Shown: positions 1-13,600, numbered from the whole stretch's first letter. The stretch: DNA of 63,313 bases, filler included, from Sphacelaria rigidula (GCA_964200075.2; 8 parts of 8 records of this genome joined end to end with filler, not necessarily neighbours in it), one strand, 5' to 3'. Made by a program: numbers and translations. Notes: a model not told the origin generated them from the sequence alone.

Positions 1-9
1 CGTTCCTGA

Positions 10-210
10 TATGTGGGTGCATCATCCGGGGTGATACAGGAGGAAGGTCAACACACGAGTTTTTTCTTTTTCCTTTTGTTTTAGCACACCACTTTCCTTC
101 TGCGGTGCTTGCCTTATTTGGTGGGTTAAGGTTGGGGATTTTTATCATTTTTGATTGCGAGAAGGGTTCAGCGGTCCCTTTTCCTCGACGGGACCGTCAA
201 GTCGAATATC
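10..210 (-). mobile_element. Partial copy (body/3' part) of the SINE-like family also at 44225-44537
   Basis: Shares tgtggg..ggggt.a.acag.aggaagg, ccttctgcggtgcttgccttattt and gcgagaagggttcagc..tcccttt.cctcg with 42900-43070 and 44255-44395. Confidence 0.6.
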
Positions 211-497
211 GTACATTATACTGTACCACTATACCGTGTAGTATTTAAGTAGTACTGTTTTAGCTATCGGTCACCGGTCACCCTCCGCTCGAGTCAGTGT
301 CAGTGCCTGCCCGATGCTCATACCCGGGCCCGGAGCTATTACAGTATAATACTTGCATCCATCCGCATGTTAGTCGTGTTTCGCGTCTGCTGCAAGATTT
401 TTTTTCGGAAAAAAATCCTGAACGCAAATGCTCGATACGAAACACTCACTTTAGGGTGTCACTTGATACTCTTAGCTCGTTACTTGATGCTTGATAG

Positions 498-3400
498 GGA
501 TTTGGATGACGAGCTATTCGCTGACTTCAGTGCGGAGGTGCAAATGTTGGCGGCTCTCCGGCATCCCAACGTTTGCCTCTTCATGGGGGCGTGCGTGACG
601 CCTCCAAATAGGGCAATTGTCACCGAGCTCGTGAGCAGGGGATCCTTGTGGGAAGCTTTGCGAGAAAGTGCTCTTCCTCGGGTGAGACGATCGCATACAT
701 TATAGGTATAAAATCGTATGCATGACATAATCTTGAGAAGGCAATAGCCAAGCAAATTAGATATACCTCCAAGGCTACAAAAAATATTGGATCATGATTC
801 AGCCAATTATGGCGATCTGATTATGACGGTGCTGACAGCGGTGCCAGTGGTGCAGTGCAGTGCAGTGCAGTGTAGTGTAACCAGCGCACTCTGCAAATTC
901 GATTGCAGTTGAAAAGTTGGAAAGTGCACCTTATCGTTAAAGTACCACTCACGCCAGTGACGCCCGTGACGCCCGTGACACCAGTGACGGGTTACGTAGT
1001 CTTCGATACAAGTCTTGGCTACAGGACTCGTGTTGCGACATGTTTGCACAGTAGCACACTAGTTGAATATTATAGTGGTGGTATTGTCAGCACTAACCTA
1101 ACCCACTTTTTTACGTGCTTTCGCTTATGGAGTTATGGAGCAATCCACAGACAGAAACGAACCTAGCAGTAGGAGTAATGGTGGTGTACTTGAATCACTT
1201 CAATCTTTCGTGCTGTCGTGTTGTGGTGGTGTGGGGTGGTACTGTGTACCACGCATATTTGATGGTGTTGGTGAACCCTGTGATGTTGTTAACGTGCCAC
1301 TTTGCTTTCGATCGATCTTTTCTGCGTTATATCGTTATATCGTTATATCGACAAATTGTTGAATCAGGATTCTTCGTCGGATTCGGGCAATAGAGGCCAC
1401 TGTCACAGTACTGCAGCTGGAGACACCGTGTCCAATCCCAACTTCACCAGTCCAGCGGACTGCTGGCCATGGTCTGTGGTGTTGAAGGTCGCCGAGGGAG
1501 TGGCATGTGGCATGAACTACTTGCATGGACACCAGCCCTCGCCTATTCTGCACAGAGACCTCAAGAGCGCGAACTTGCTGCTGGACGACTCCTTCAACGT
1601 CAAAATTTGCGACTTTGGCCTTGCCAGGTCATGTCCTTTTCATAGAAGTCGCCGTTTGGTCAGAATGTGCCTGTTGGTTGGAATGCTCACTGACGGAGCA
1701 ACTTAACTTGTTGTTGGCTTTAAAAGCAAAATACACGTGGAGTATAACCATGCTTGTGGAGCACGAGTGTGTGAGGATGACAACAGGACAATGGAACAAT
1801 GGTCGTGGGCGTTCCAACAAAGCATACCGTTTTGTGTAAGCCTTTGGGCCCTGTGATCAGCATAAAAAAGGTGTAGGAGTAGTGGATATAACAAACCTTA
1901 TGCTGAGGGTGCTGGACGCGCCGTGTAGAGTTTTTTTCCGACGAGATGGTAACTGATCAACCATGTACGTACCAGGGCCTGAGACGACGTTATACATAGT
2001 TCATAGTTCATACGTGGTAGCGACAGTGCGCAGGACCTTTTCATTTCAAGCAGCTTCATAACTAGTGCTGCGAGCATGAAACAAACCCTAACCCTAAGTG
2101 CTGCCCTCTCTACTTTCATAGCTAGTGTCATAAGTAGTGTTGGAGTTGTTCTACAGTAGCGTGCACATTTGTTTTCTTAGGCTCTGCACTCTCGGAACCT
2201 CTGGATGACAAGCATCTGGGCCTTAGTGTGCAACCCCAGAAAACTTTGGGACTAAAAAGTGAAGAAGTGCACCCCCACCGTAGAATCAGTCGTTGGGTCC
2301 TTCACATGTACAGTACAGTAGCTATCGGTAGTATCAATACCTTTGTAGCTAGCTTCCTTATTCCCATCGTTCGTCCGCGCGACTGTTTTGTACTGTTTTG
2401 TACCTCATTCCCTCCTGTCTGGTGGCTGTGTGGCAGGTTAAAAGCTTACACCAACTCCATGACGGGAAACTGCGGCACTGTACAGGTGCGTACTGTATAC
2501 CCACCGTGATAATACTGACGAGCACTATTACTTGTACCGCAGCTCGACATAGGTAGTGGTGGAGACTGATTGATTGTTCGAGTTGGTGGCCATCATACAC
2601 GGGAATGACACTTTCGTTTCGCAAGCTCATCGACATGCGCCGCCATTCGTGTCCCGCTTGCATTTTTTCCCGAGGTACCGTGATGTCATTTATCTCTTTG
2701 CAATGCGGGTCAAGACTAGTGATGAGGTACTTGTGACCGTCGTCGCTATTATAGCTCGACAGCTGGCGGTGCTTGGCAGTGGCACGATATATGGTAGTCG
2801 TTCTTCATTGTCCTCACAGTTGGGGTTGTTGATGGGTTGTTGGTGCAGTTAGCTGTCTTTCTGCCGTGTTTGTGGCATCAGCATCAGCATCAGCATCAGC
2901 ATGCCGCACTTCCTCATCGCTTGCAACGTTTGGCATGAGAGATCGCGTGCTGACCATTGCTTTCCTCGTGTATTCATTTTTGCACGTACTAAATATATAT
3001 CCCGTTACACCTGGTTCACCTGGTACACCCGGTACGCGTGATGACCGATTCGTGATGTGCTTGCAGTGGATGGCCCCTGAGGTTTTGGCGAGCGAGAAAT
3101 ACACGGAGACAGCGGACGTGTACAGCTTTGCTATTGTCTGCTGGGAGCTTCTGGAACGAGCCTGCCCGTACGAGGGGATGAGCCAGATTCAGGTAGCTCA
3201 TGACTTATGTCTACATGTTGAAATATCCCCATGTTTTACCACACTATATGTAAAATGGCACGCCTGCACTAGCACACGAGTGAAACTCCATCCCTGCTGT
3301 TTCTTCTGCTGCCTGTTGGCTGCTCGTGTCGACACGTACTTGTACAGTACGACCAACGGTACGCGACAGGTGTACAGCTTGTTGCAAGGATCGAATGGAT

Positions 3401-4859
3401 AGTGTAGCTTGTGGTGAGCTTGTAGTTAACTTGTCCACCGGCTGTGGTTGATCCACTGCATTCCTGTCATTGGTGTCAAACAGCTAGCTATATGGTGGGG
3501 TGGCCTCAATGTGCCTTGGTCGAATTTTACCCATATTCAAGGGTATTTATTAAGTGGTATATGTAGGGAGTGTGTTGTGTGTTGTGTGTATGCGTCTTTT
3601 GTATTTTATGTCCCGTGATGCTACAGCCATCGATCACCGTCATTTACATCATCAGCATCATTACCATCATTATCACGATCACCGTCTGCTGTAATCTTGT
3701 ATATCCTCACTACATTAGCATCTTGCACCCTTTGCACCTTGAACGACAAACAAGCGATGGTGTTGTGAAGGCCACGGGGTGCAAATGTATATTTTATTGG
3801 TCTCTCGATTATTGCGATTGAATGGCCTGTTGTACTACCTGTAAAACTATAATGTACTCTATTCCACATGTTGAACAGAAGCAGACTTGTCAACTGCGCA
3901 TGGGTTTTAGGTGCATGTAGGGCACAGCGTGTAGGACACAAGATCGTGAAGTGTCGTGCGATCAGTTTATGAATTGAAATGCTGTACGTGCTACTGTCCT
4001 ACTGTGCGTTTCTATGTTCAGGTTGATGTTGTTGGTAGCAACATGAATGCTTTGATGCTGAGCTATTTATTTCCCGCGAATGGTGGGGCTTTGCACTGCA
4101 GGTGGCAGTGGCTGTCCTTAATAATGGGCTACGGCCGGAGATACCAGCTTGGTGCCCTTCGCACTTCTCCATGTTGATACAGGTGATGACAACTAACGGT
4201 CCCACGCTCAAAGCTGGTTTTGATGACGATGATGATTATGGTGATGGTGATGCAGATGACTGTGGCATGCTTGCCAGTGGAATTTGAAAGGGCGTTGCCA
4301 ACCTGTCCTGATCGTGCCATGGTGATGCCAATGTTTGACACACTTGGATTCGCGTTCAAGTACTGTATTGTGCAGCTGGCTACCGCGCATGCCTTTTTAC
4401 TTCTAGGTGGCGATTCATGTTGTATCGACATGCTGCTACTACTATCCTACTGTTATTCTTTGTCTATCCTTGTGCAAGTGCAGTGTCGCTTTTCCTCTCT
4501 TGGATGGTCAAGGTGCAGTTATGGAATACGAGTCGGTCAGATCTACAATGGATGACTATTGCATCGAGACTGTCATGTTTCACATGCGTATGCGTAATGT
4601 TCGGTTGCTGAAACCATGAAGATATGGAACGAATGTTGGACGTCGGTCCTGCGTCTGACGCCCTTGATATCTCTCAGCGCCTCTCACCATCACCATCACC
4701 ATTTTCGGCGTGCTCACGTTGTCCTGCCCGCTGTATCATCATTAATTTCATTGTTGTTTTTTTATTTTTTGGTGGCAGAACTCGTGGGATCAAGACCCGA
4801 CAAATCGCCCTTCGTTTGGCCAAATCCTCGACTTTATTAGAAAAACGCTCACAACCTAG
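498..4859 (+). CDS. Tyrosine-kinase-like (Raf/CTR1-type) Ser/Thr protein kinase, 5'-partial, 6 exons
   Basis: Exons 498-681, 1368-1627, 2437-2485, 3067-3192, 4102-4182 and 4779-4859 join in frame through GT-AG introns. They encode [76 protein letters not shown] and [11 protein letters not shown], ending at TAG 4857-4859. HRDLKSxN and GTxQWMAPE are TKL signatures. Confidence 0.93.
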
Positions 4860-7828
4860 GCGGCTGGCTACATGTAGCCCACATTTGTCTGGCGGAAATA
4901 TGGAGAAGGCTACTGTGCACCGCATCTTCTCCGGCTCGGACATGATGTGTGTGTGTGTGTGTGTGTGGGTGTGGTGGTTTAGTTTTTCCTTCTTTCCCGG
5001 TTGGTTGAGTTGTCATTGTCATCTGTCATTTGCCATCGTCGGCTGTGTATGTGTATCTGGCGACAGGTGCAGTTACGGGTGTAATGAAAATGTTCATGCC
5101 GTTCGTCTCCACTATGCTGTAGAATGTGAAAGTTTTTCGATTTTATGTGTCGTCGGCCATGTAGCGGTGGTTGTTGGCCTTTTAATTGCACCATTGTTCC
5201 AACAGAGTTAGCATTAAAATAGCGTTAAAATAGCCCACCAGGGTAGGACGGATGTTGTGAGGGCACTTATATTTACACTTCCCGACACAATATCTCGACA
5301 ACGGCTTGACTTTTAATATTAAATTGGCATGTGTAGCGTACGTCCAGACCCTTCGGCGCTGTAGGTCGAATACATGACATTGACGAGTGTATATTTCTGC
5401 AAGTCTCCGGTACAGTATGGTATTAGCGACGATATAGTTGTCACACAACGAAATTGCGCGCGCTTGGTTCCATGTTACTTTCCGGTCGAACCACGTGCGG
5501 AAGGCATTTTTAGTCGGTAGAATGTCGTGTACGTGTACGTTTCTTGTATCTCGTGGATACGTTGTCGATCGCCTGAAAGAAAAGGCAATTGACGCTTATG
5601 GTGGGTGCTATTAAATAATTTTTATCATGCCCCCCCGGGGCTATTCATTGGCAATATCCCTTTTGATCTGCAAGAGCTGAGCATAGTACGGTGTAACAGT
5701 TTACTTCAGTACAGTATAGTGTTTCCTCTTCGTCACAGGTGCATGTTCCCGAGAAAAAGTGTTGGGTGACATGGAAGACAACGATTGTGCACCTTCATGA
5801 TGTAGACTTAATTATGTCTTCATGCGGGACCCCTGTGCGGGTTAGTTTAGGAGGTAAACGGGCAGGCTTGATTATTTTGTCTTGACATGCATTATAAGGA
5901 TGTACACCATGGTTCACACACAACAGCGCCCTCAGCCCTGTTGCTGGGTTATTACTGTGAGAGTGTGGTGATGTAATTGGGCGACAGTTCGGTACTTGAG
6001 GTGAGGTAGGCTTCGGGCGATCGTGCAGAGCCTGACTGCTAGTAATCCACGCGTTGTGCGCACCATCTCACTTGTCGCGAACTTGTATAGCCTCTCAGAT
6101 AGGAAGGTGCATGTTGCTGATACAGCAATCGCAGGCTTGCTGTAGAACTGCAGATTCGGTACTCCCTTCCTCACCGTCCCCAGTCAAAAGTGATAAGCAC
6201 TGTTCAATGTATACGGTGGCGTCCGGCACGAAGTGATGTTGCTCTACACTACTACGGTACTACACAGTATCTATGTCCGCGTCCTCCCCTCAAGTTCAAT
6301 TCCAACACTAACCCACATCCATACTGTCAAGTATAGATGCATATGCACATACGCTACCGATACCACCCCGTATCACGCATCGGATGTCCACAATCAACCA
6401 AATCATGGCTATCACAATATCAAAATACTGCTCCCAAAACACAGGAGAGGGAAAGGCGTCAGCAAGTCACTTATGATCGACACATCCATTGTTCCCCCTA
6501 CAACCTACGCATCATTTTCATGTATCATGTGAGTACCGTACACGACACAAATTGCCCTCTGTGCTACTTATAAAAGCGATATGATAGCATACTACACACC
6601 GTCACACTACTTGTCCACCACTTGGTTCACTTTCCCCAGTGTAGCTGGGTACAAGGGTGAAATGTGTTGCGTTGACAAAAACTGTTGGATTTGATCGTTC
6701 AAAATATTGCTCACCCGTTGATATGTACGTCTCACACATTTTTTTCTAGTGAAAATGATGCCGAGCCAACATATGATCCACGATAGAGGCCAGAGGACTG
6801 GGTCACTTTTAAAAAGTGAATCAATTCCAACACAAAATCACCAGCCATCAATCGCACTGTAACCATCGCGTCCCACGGACGTGTTGCTCGTGCATACGGT
6901 CGAGGATAATTTCAACGCGCTTGTTCCTCCACGACTACCTTCACTACAAATAGCTACGATCGTGACTTCAGTGTTGTAGCCATACGACAAATCTCATACC
7001 GGGGCCCTACCTTCCTTCCACTAGTTCTTTCTACCTGTTTCTTTGTCCTTCTATCCATCTATAGCCCCTTCGCAGCACTAGTGACCGTGCACCGCACGGT
7101 GGGCAGTTCCGTCGTTCCTGCTGCTGCTGCTGCTGCTGCGTGTGTGTTGTGCTTCACCTTTCGCGAACAAACCGCAGACCTTTTGGTGTTGTGTTGCACG
7201 CAATCTTCCAGTGTTCAGTCGAGTGCCCCTTGGTGAGGGAGTGATATGCTGCATCGATATGGTGCATCGCTGATCCCTATCCCTTCCTCTTCCTTTGGCC
7301 TGCATGTTGCTGGAGATTCAGGTTCGTGTAACCATGCATTGTGCGGACCGAACCAAGGGAACAACGCGTTTGGGATTACTGGACATGAAGTAAGGACTAG
7401 GAACGAAATCGACCGAGATACGTGATGTTGCGTGTGTTTCATGATCATGATTACGTTTAAACTCCCAAAATATTAACCGCATATTTTCTCACGAAAAAAT
7501 ATTAATGCCGATGAATGTGCAGCGGGGTTGGATCATGTTCGAGTGTGTATCTCTCCCCGTTATGCATTCATCACCATTCTGCTCTTTGTGCAGAGATTTT
7601 CACACACTAAGTGCCTGTTGTAGGTGCTGGAAAATTTCATTGCTGGCGCCACCATCGTCTCTGTTTCGTGGTTCCATGACAGACAACGTGCTACCAGTAC
7701 TTGTGGCGAAGACTACGCAATATCGAAACAATTTGCATAATATAATATATATATAAAGCAATGGACTAGGAAAGGTATACCTTCTCGTTTTTTGCCCAAG
7801 AAAGGTACGAAAAATGGCCAGAAACGCG

Positions 7829-7928
7829 NNNNNNNNNNNNNNNNNNNNNNNNNNNNNNNNNNNNNNNNNNNNTTAATTAATTAANNNNNNNNNNNNNNNN
7901 NNNNNNNNNNNNNNNNNNNNNNNNNNNN
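7829..7928. other. Artificial contig spacer
   Basis: 44 N + TTAATTAATTAA (stops in all six frames) + 44 N. Confidence 0.98.
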
Positions 7929-7930
7929 GG

Positions 7931-8383
7931 CAATCAGGCCGAGGAAATCGTGCATTTGGTGATTTTGAGTCGTGATGATTCGTCCTAACCGTCATCAGTA
8001 CACGTGGAAAATGGCCAAACTGGGTCGTCCTTCGCAACGCTGGGACTCGATTTTCAAGACAACTCAATACAGAGTTTTTGACTTCCATCGGTTTCCCCTT
8101 ATTTTCATCTTTCGAAGGGTATCAACTTCAGTGTTGTACACACACGCCGTTGGGATGGACGCTCCTTGTAAACTCGAAGCTTCCAAGTAATGGGACAGAG
8201 AAAGCATTTCCCATACAAGAAATGGATTGATAGAAGCAAGCTCACCGATGCAGTTCCGTGTTTTGTCAACCGTTTCTTCTCCTGTTCAGTTGCCCGTCGT
8301 GAGTACACAGACGGAATCTTCCACGGTTAGGACAAATCATCACGACTCAAATCACCAAATTCACGATGTCTTCGGCCTGATTG
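7931..8383. mobile_element. MITE-like element with ~60-bp terminal inverted repeats
   Basis: 7931-7992 (caatcaggccgaggaaatcgtg...gtcctaaccgt) is an imperfect reverse complement of 8323-8383 (acggttaggac...cttcggcctgattg). Confidence 0.7.
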
Positions 8384-9947
8384 TCCAAAAGGGNNNNNNN
8401 NNNCGTCACGAGTCGACTCATTATACTAAACCCAAGTAATTTCCATACAATCATTATTTGTCCGACCCTTGGAATCTTCTCATAAACCCCAGACACGAGG
8501 TCAAAACACATCGGATCATATCCGCACAAGTCGCGCCTGAAGCACGTGCAACCCCCAGAGAATGAATACACCATAGCCTTCAGCTATTCAGCAACGGATG
8601 TTCGAGCCATACGCCAATGCTATGGGGGGCAAGATCATAAAACAGAGACACCAGGGGTTAAAATCAACACATTACATCCAACTCGATTTCATCTATACAA
8701 AGAACAACGCCGGGAACGGTCTCAGGATCCCATGTAACGAAAGATCTCGAGAGGATGCTTTCAACGACACCATTTTGGGTGGAGTGTCGACAGTTACAGT
8801 ACTGGAAATGGCTGAACATAAATGGGCTGGTTTCTCATCGTGCGTGCTACATTCCATATGACGCTTGCGGTAAGCACATCCGCACCTGTTCTAGGCGATG
8901 CAGTGTGTGACCACGTCACATGAGGTATAAGCCTCGTGAGCAGTACATCGGAGCATAGCACAGGACAGTGTTCAATAATTAATAGCGTGAAACATTTAGT
9001 ACTGCTGGTATGGTACGCTACGGAACGGCACAATATCGTACAGGACAGCAACGTTCAGTACAGTGTGAGACGCTCAAAAATCGAACCTCAAGAACGTCAA
9101 GGATTCCATCAGCGTACTTTCCCTCAATATTGATCCCTGTTGACCCACTCTGTATCTTACGCAAACATGATCGACTGTACTGACTGTACTGTACTCGTGA
9201 GAATCCTGTGAAGTTATGTTGTGACTAATAAATACACTGCCGTACGCCGTTACACTTTACAAAACTCTGAAGGTTTTGCACTTGCGGGTGATCCCCATAC
9301 CCGCACGAGGACTTCGCAGCTCAACCAAATGTACAGGCTGTATCCGGATAGTGCGGTGTCTGTCCCGTATACTACGCAGAGTATTAGTACAGTCTTATTG
9401 GCTCTTATCCTTCGTGTGCATCATACGGACAGAGTAACACTCAAGATTTGTTATGAGGTGAGCGGGTTTGCAACTACAACTTGCTGTTTGAGCTTGGATC
9501 ACGACAGCGAAGCGGAACATTTCCCCCCTATTGGGAGATGTGACTGAAGGGCAAGAGAACAAACTGCAAATACGCCCCCAACGATGCCCGATCAAACCAG
9601 GACAATCACCTGAATGACTATAGAGTTGACAAAGTAAGAATTTCTTGCAGAGCCTCGACTGCAATCGCCAGACAAGAGTCGAATAAACCGCCATCCACGT
9701 GGCCGTGCTGAGGTCGGTTCATGCATCCAAGGGTGATGGCTGACACAGATTACCTTGATACTGGAAACAAGATTTTCACCTCCTCCACGGTTTCGATACA
9801 ACAGAAAGAGAATCAACTTTCCAACTTTCCGTTTCAAAACCTACAGTCTGACTGTAACATTACCGCCATCCAAATGCAACGAGTCTGCACTTGGCGATAA
9901 CCCGACCCCCCCCCTCGACATCCCCTGGACGTGAACACAATACTAAC

Positions 9948-10259
9948 CGAAGGTGCCGAGAAGGAACGCCCACCCATGCGGCCGCCTGACCGCGCCGCCA
10001 AGGCATCCTGGGGTGCCGAAAAAGCGAGAGCCGCAACCGTCGCAGCCACAGTGAATTTCTTGGCCATGTCCGCTGCAAACACCTCCCAGCCGCTCTTCTT
10101 CTCGCCATCACCCTCAGGAGACGAGGAGGTCATACTCAAGCCACGGGGGCGTACGAGAGAGTTGCGTGAGAGAGTCGTGGGGGTGAAACGTGCTGACGGG
10201 ATGGGCACGAAGGCCCCTGCCGGCGCACAGGCCAGCAGGCATAATGATGCGGTCTTCAT
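9948..10259 (-). CDS. First exon of a plastid-targeted DUF1517 (FLAP1-like) protein
   Basis: MKTASLCLLACAPAGA-FVP is a signal peptide with an ASAFAP-type F. An S/T/R-rich transit peptide follows, then hydrophobic AATVAALAFSAPQDALA and ARSGGRMGGRSFSAPS, the SGGR.GG.SF start typical of DUF1517. Donor GTTAGT at 9947. Confidence 0.8.
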
Positions 10260-10693
10260 GTTGACAGGGTTGCTTAGGAGCAGGCGATGGGATTGAGTTC
10301 GGGTGCTAAAAACCTTGCTTGTGCAAAGCAGGGTTGCCAGTGTATGGTGACTCGTTGTCTTTATCAGTCCTGGTGTGTCCACGTGGAAAACTTGGTGGCC
10401 TTGTCTTGTGTGCTGATGATGAATCACGGCGCCGCCCACTGCAGTGCCAACGCAATAGGAACAGCTCAGCACCCAGATTTGTTTTTTCGTATTGTGTTTC
10501 CCCCATTTTCTCAGACCCACGACTTCTGAACTATTGAGTAATTGCGCCGCTTTTGTCAACTATTACTACTGTTGTTAGATACGTACTGTCGTCACTAGAG
10601 TATTGCTGTTGTGCGTCGGATGTACACGAAGTGCTCCTGTATTGCTCAGTATCGCACATCCAGCAAGACTTGTAGATATATGCTGTAGTCGAA

Positions 10694-13600
10694 ATGAGTA
10701 ATCTAGGCATAAGTGGAAGAATCGTACTTCTCTCCGTTGCATTACCGACAGCGTGGGCATGGTGGGCACCAACTACAGGAGCGCTATCATTTCGAACACG
10801 CACTTACTGGAGTACACGGAAACATGAACACACGACGGAGGCAACATGCAACCCACGGTGTCCCCCCATCATCAGAGCTGCCGTCAACAACAACATGGAA
10901 GCCGACCGCTTGGAACACATCGACACTCCTAGTGCCAATAATCCACTGGAAACTTCAACATCGCGCGGCGATTGGTTACGAACAGGGGCAGGGCTGGCTG
11001 CGATGGTACCTCTTGTATCGTCCGTTTTGTTAGGATCGCCAGCTGATGCTGCTGCTGCAAGAGCCGGATCTGGAACAGTTACCGTTATCGGCGCCGGCGG
11101 CAAAACCGGCAGGGAGTGTGTAGAGTATCTCGCGGCCAGTGGCACAGGAGAGTATTGTTCGTTTCATGTACTACTCCCTCTTTTAGCTTGCATTTTGTTT
11201 GTGTTGGTCGGTGTCGTGTGCAGATGGCGGTCGCGCACTCGTTTTCAAACACATGATGTGGTGCAGTCGCGGAGCAGGAGTTAGAGCGCGACAGATGTCA
11301 GACGGATTTGTATGTGCAACCAATCCCTATTTGTACAATTTGAGGATTTCAGCCCGTGTAAATACGATTTTCTCCCTTGGATTGATTTTTCGGGCCCCAG
11401 TCCGCTGGGCAATGTTTTTCGCCTAGCGTTGAGGAACAGATGCGGGAGTCTCCCGATCTGAGCAGAAAGGTGATGAACCAAAAGTCAGCGCCCAGAGAAT
11501 CGGAGAATTGATCTGGTTTCCTCAGAGCTAGGCGCAACACGGTATGGGTGAACCCACGATAGCACACGATCCTGTGCACACCATGGTTACAGTATTCGAT
11601 CGCTCGTGACGCTCACCCTCCCATTCCTCGCCGTCCTCGTTTCTGTCGCCGGCTAAACCATGCAGCAATGTGGTGCCCAATGGACTGGGGTCCGAAAAAT
11701 CCATCCACGGGAGAAAATCGGGTTTACGCGGGCTGAAATCCTCGAATTTGCACAAATACGGATTGGTTGACATGCAAATCATTCTTAGGCCAACTCTGAT
11801 GGGAGCGTTTAGAATTTTATTTTGCAATGATTTTGAAACGACTTTCTTTTTTTTTCTTTGCCGTGGTTGTGTAATGTGCCCGTTCACCACGATGACAAAG
11901 GAAGAAAAAAAACTCCTCTGAAATTGTTGCAAAAATAAAATTACCAACGCTCCCATTAGAGTTGGCCTTAGGCTACTTCTTATGTATCGAAAACCAAAAC
12001 TTGTTGAAAAGTGCATTTTTGGCCCTTGTCCGTCGTTTTCCCCCGAAAAGAGGGCTGAGCGGCTGTTAACACCTCGGGATGATATGCTCTACTCGCCGAG
12101 ACGGTTCCAGAGCACCTTTGCGTTTCCCGCAGGTCACGGTTTTGTTTTTGGCCAAACTTGCACTTTCAATAACAAACGGTCAAGTTATTATCTAAAAACA
12201 GGGGGAAACTGACATTTTCTCGATAACTTGACTGTTTGTCATTGAAAATGCAAGTTTGGCCAAAGACGAAGCCGTGACCTACGGAAAACGCGAAGGTGCT
12301 CTGGAACCGTCTCAGCGAGTAGAGCAAGTCATCCCAAGGTGTCAACAGCCGCCTAGCCCTCTTTTCGGGGGAAAAACGACGGAGAAGGGTCATAAAATTG
12401 CACTTTTCAACAACTTTTATCTTTTTTATACATAAGAAGTAGCCTCAGATCCACTTTTATGGCAACGAATCTCGATTTGTTCACATATGAGATTTTCAGC
12501 CCGTTCACAGGCGATTTTCTCCCGTGGATTGATTGATTTTTCGCGCCCCAGTCCGTTGGGCAATGTTTTTCGGCTACCTGTGAGCAAACCAGACCACTTC
12601 TCCGATTCTCTGGACGTTTACTTCCGGTATACCACCTCTCTGCTCAAATCGGGAGACTCCTGCATCTCCCCCGATTTTTTTTCAAATCGGGAAAAAATCG
12701 GGGAAGATGAGGAGGTGTCCCGATTTCAACAGGACGGTCATATATCGAATATTAACGCCCAGAAAATCGGAGAATCGATCTGGTTTGCTCACAGCTACAG
12801 TAGCCGAAAAACATAACCCAACGGAGTGAGGTCCGAAAAATCAATCCACGGAGAAAACCGCCTGTAGACGGGCTGAAATCCCCATATTTGTACAAATCGA
12901 GATTCGTTGCCATAAAAGTGGGTCTTGGGAAGCTCCTATTTTGAGCAAGGCTCGTATCTTACCTTCTCTCCCAATCCAGCAGAAATGCTCAAGTTTAAGT
13001 TCTTATTGTTCGAAGAGGTACAAAATGCCAAATGCTTAATTTTGAGATTCTTATTTTGCACATGCATCCAATACAGGATTTTCCCCCCTGAGCGATTGTC
13101 AAGAACCAAGTTTGTCTCATTGCATATGTATTACTCATAATCCGAAGTACTGTATTTCCCTAGATTTTCATGATGTGACGAAGCTCTCCAGGACTGCAGG
13201 GATAGAAGTTCATGTTGCCCACCTCCGATGACTACAAAACTGCTGTAGCACTGTACAACTGTAGCCAGAACAGCCACTCATTCGACATGGTCTATATTAC
13301 GCACGTTGGACGTTAATACCCTACTCCCTCCTACGGCCTGCCGGTTTTTTCCGGCTTGTTTCGAGATCTCCGCGCTGGCTGTTCTGCCCGCCCCTTCCGA
13401 CCGCACCCCTCCCTCCGCTGTTTGTTAGTAGGCTCTGGTAAAACCCTCTACCATAAGGGACGGCAGGTACAGTACTGTACCGTGCGCCAGCAGTAAGCAG
13501 CACGTAGACCAATCTTGTACCGGAAGACAAAATCGAAACAAAATACAGTACAGTACTGTACGAGTTTCGTATAGATTGTCATTATCCATGGGGTGGCCCA

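Noticed and set aside
950-990. 9-bp CCAGTGACG/CCCGTGACG mini-repeat (TPV repeats) and a similar run at ~3000-3035
   Set aside because: A short intronic minisatellite with no spacers and no coding support.
4624-5211. 195-aa ORF overlapping the kinase 3' end
   Set aside because: It is in a different frame from the true last exon and includes a (GT)n microsatellite of the 3' UTR.
11278-11300. GCAG|GA GTT AGA GCG (GVRA) as exon 2 of the Rossmann gene
   Set aside because: It runs straight into MITE sequence. The exon at 14377 gives a far better continuation (VKAVARS...ADVT).
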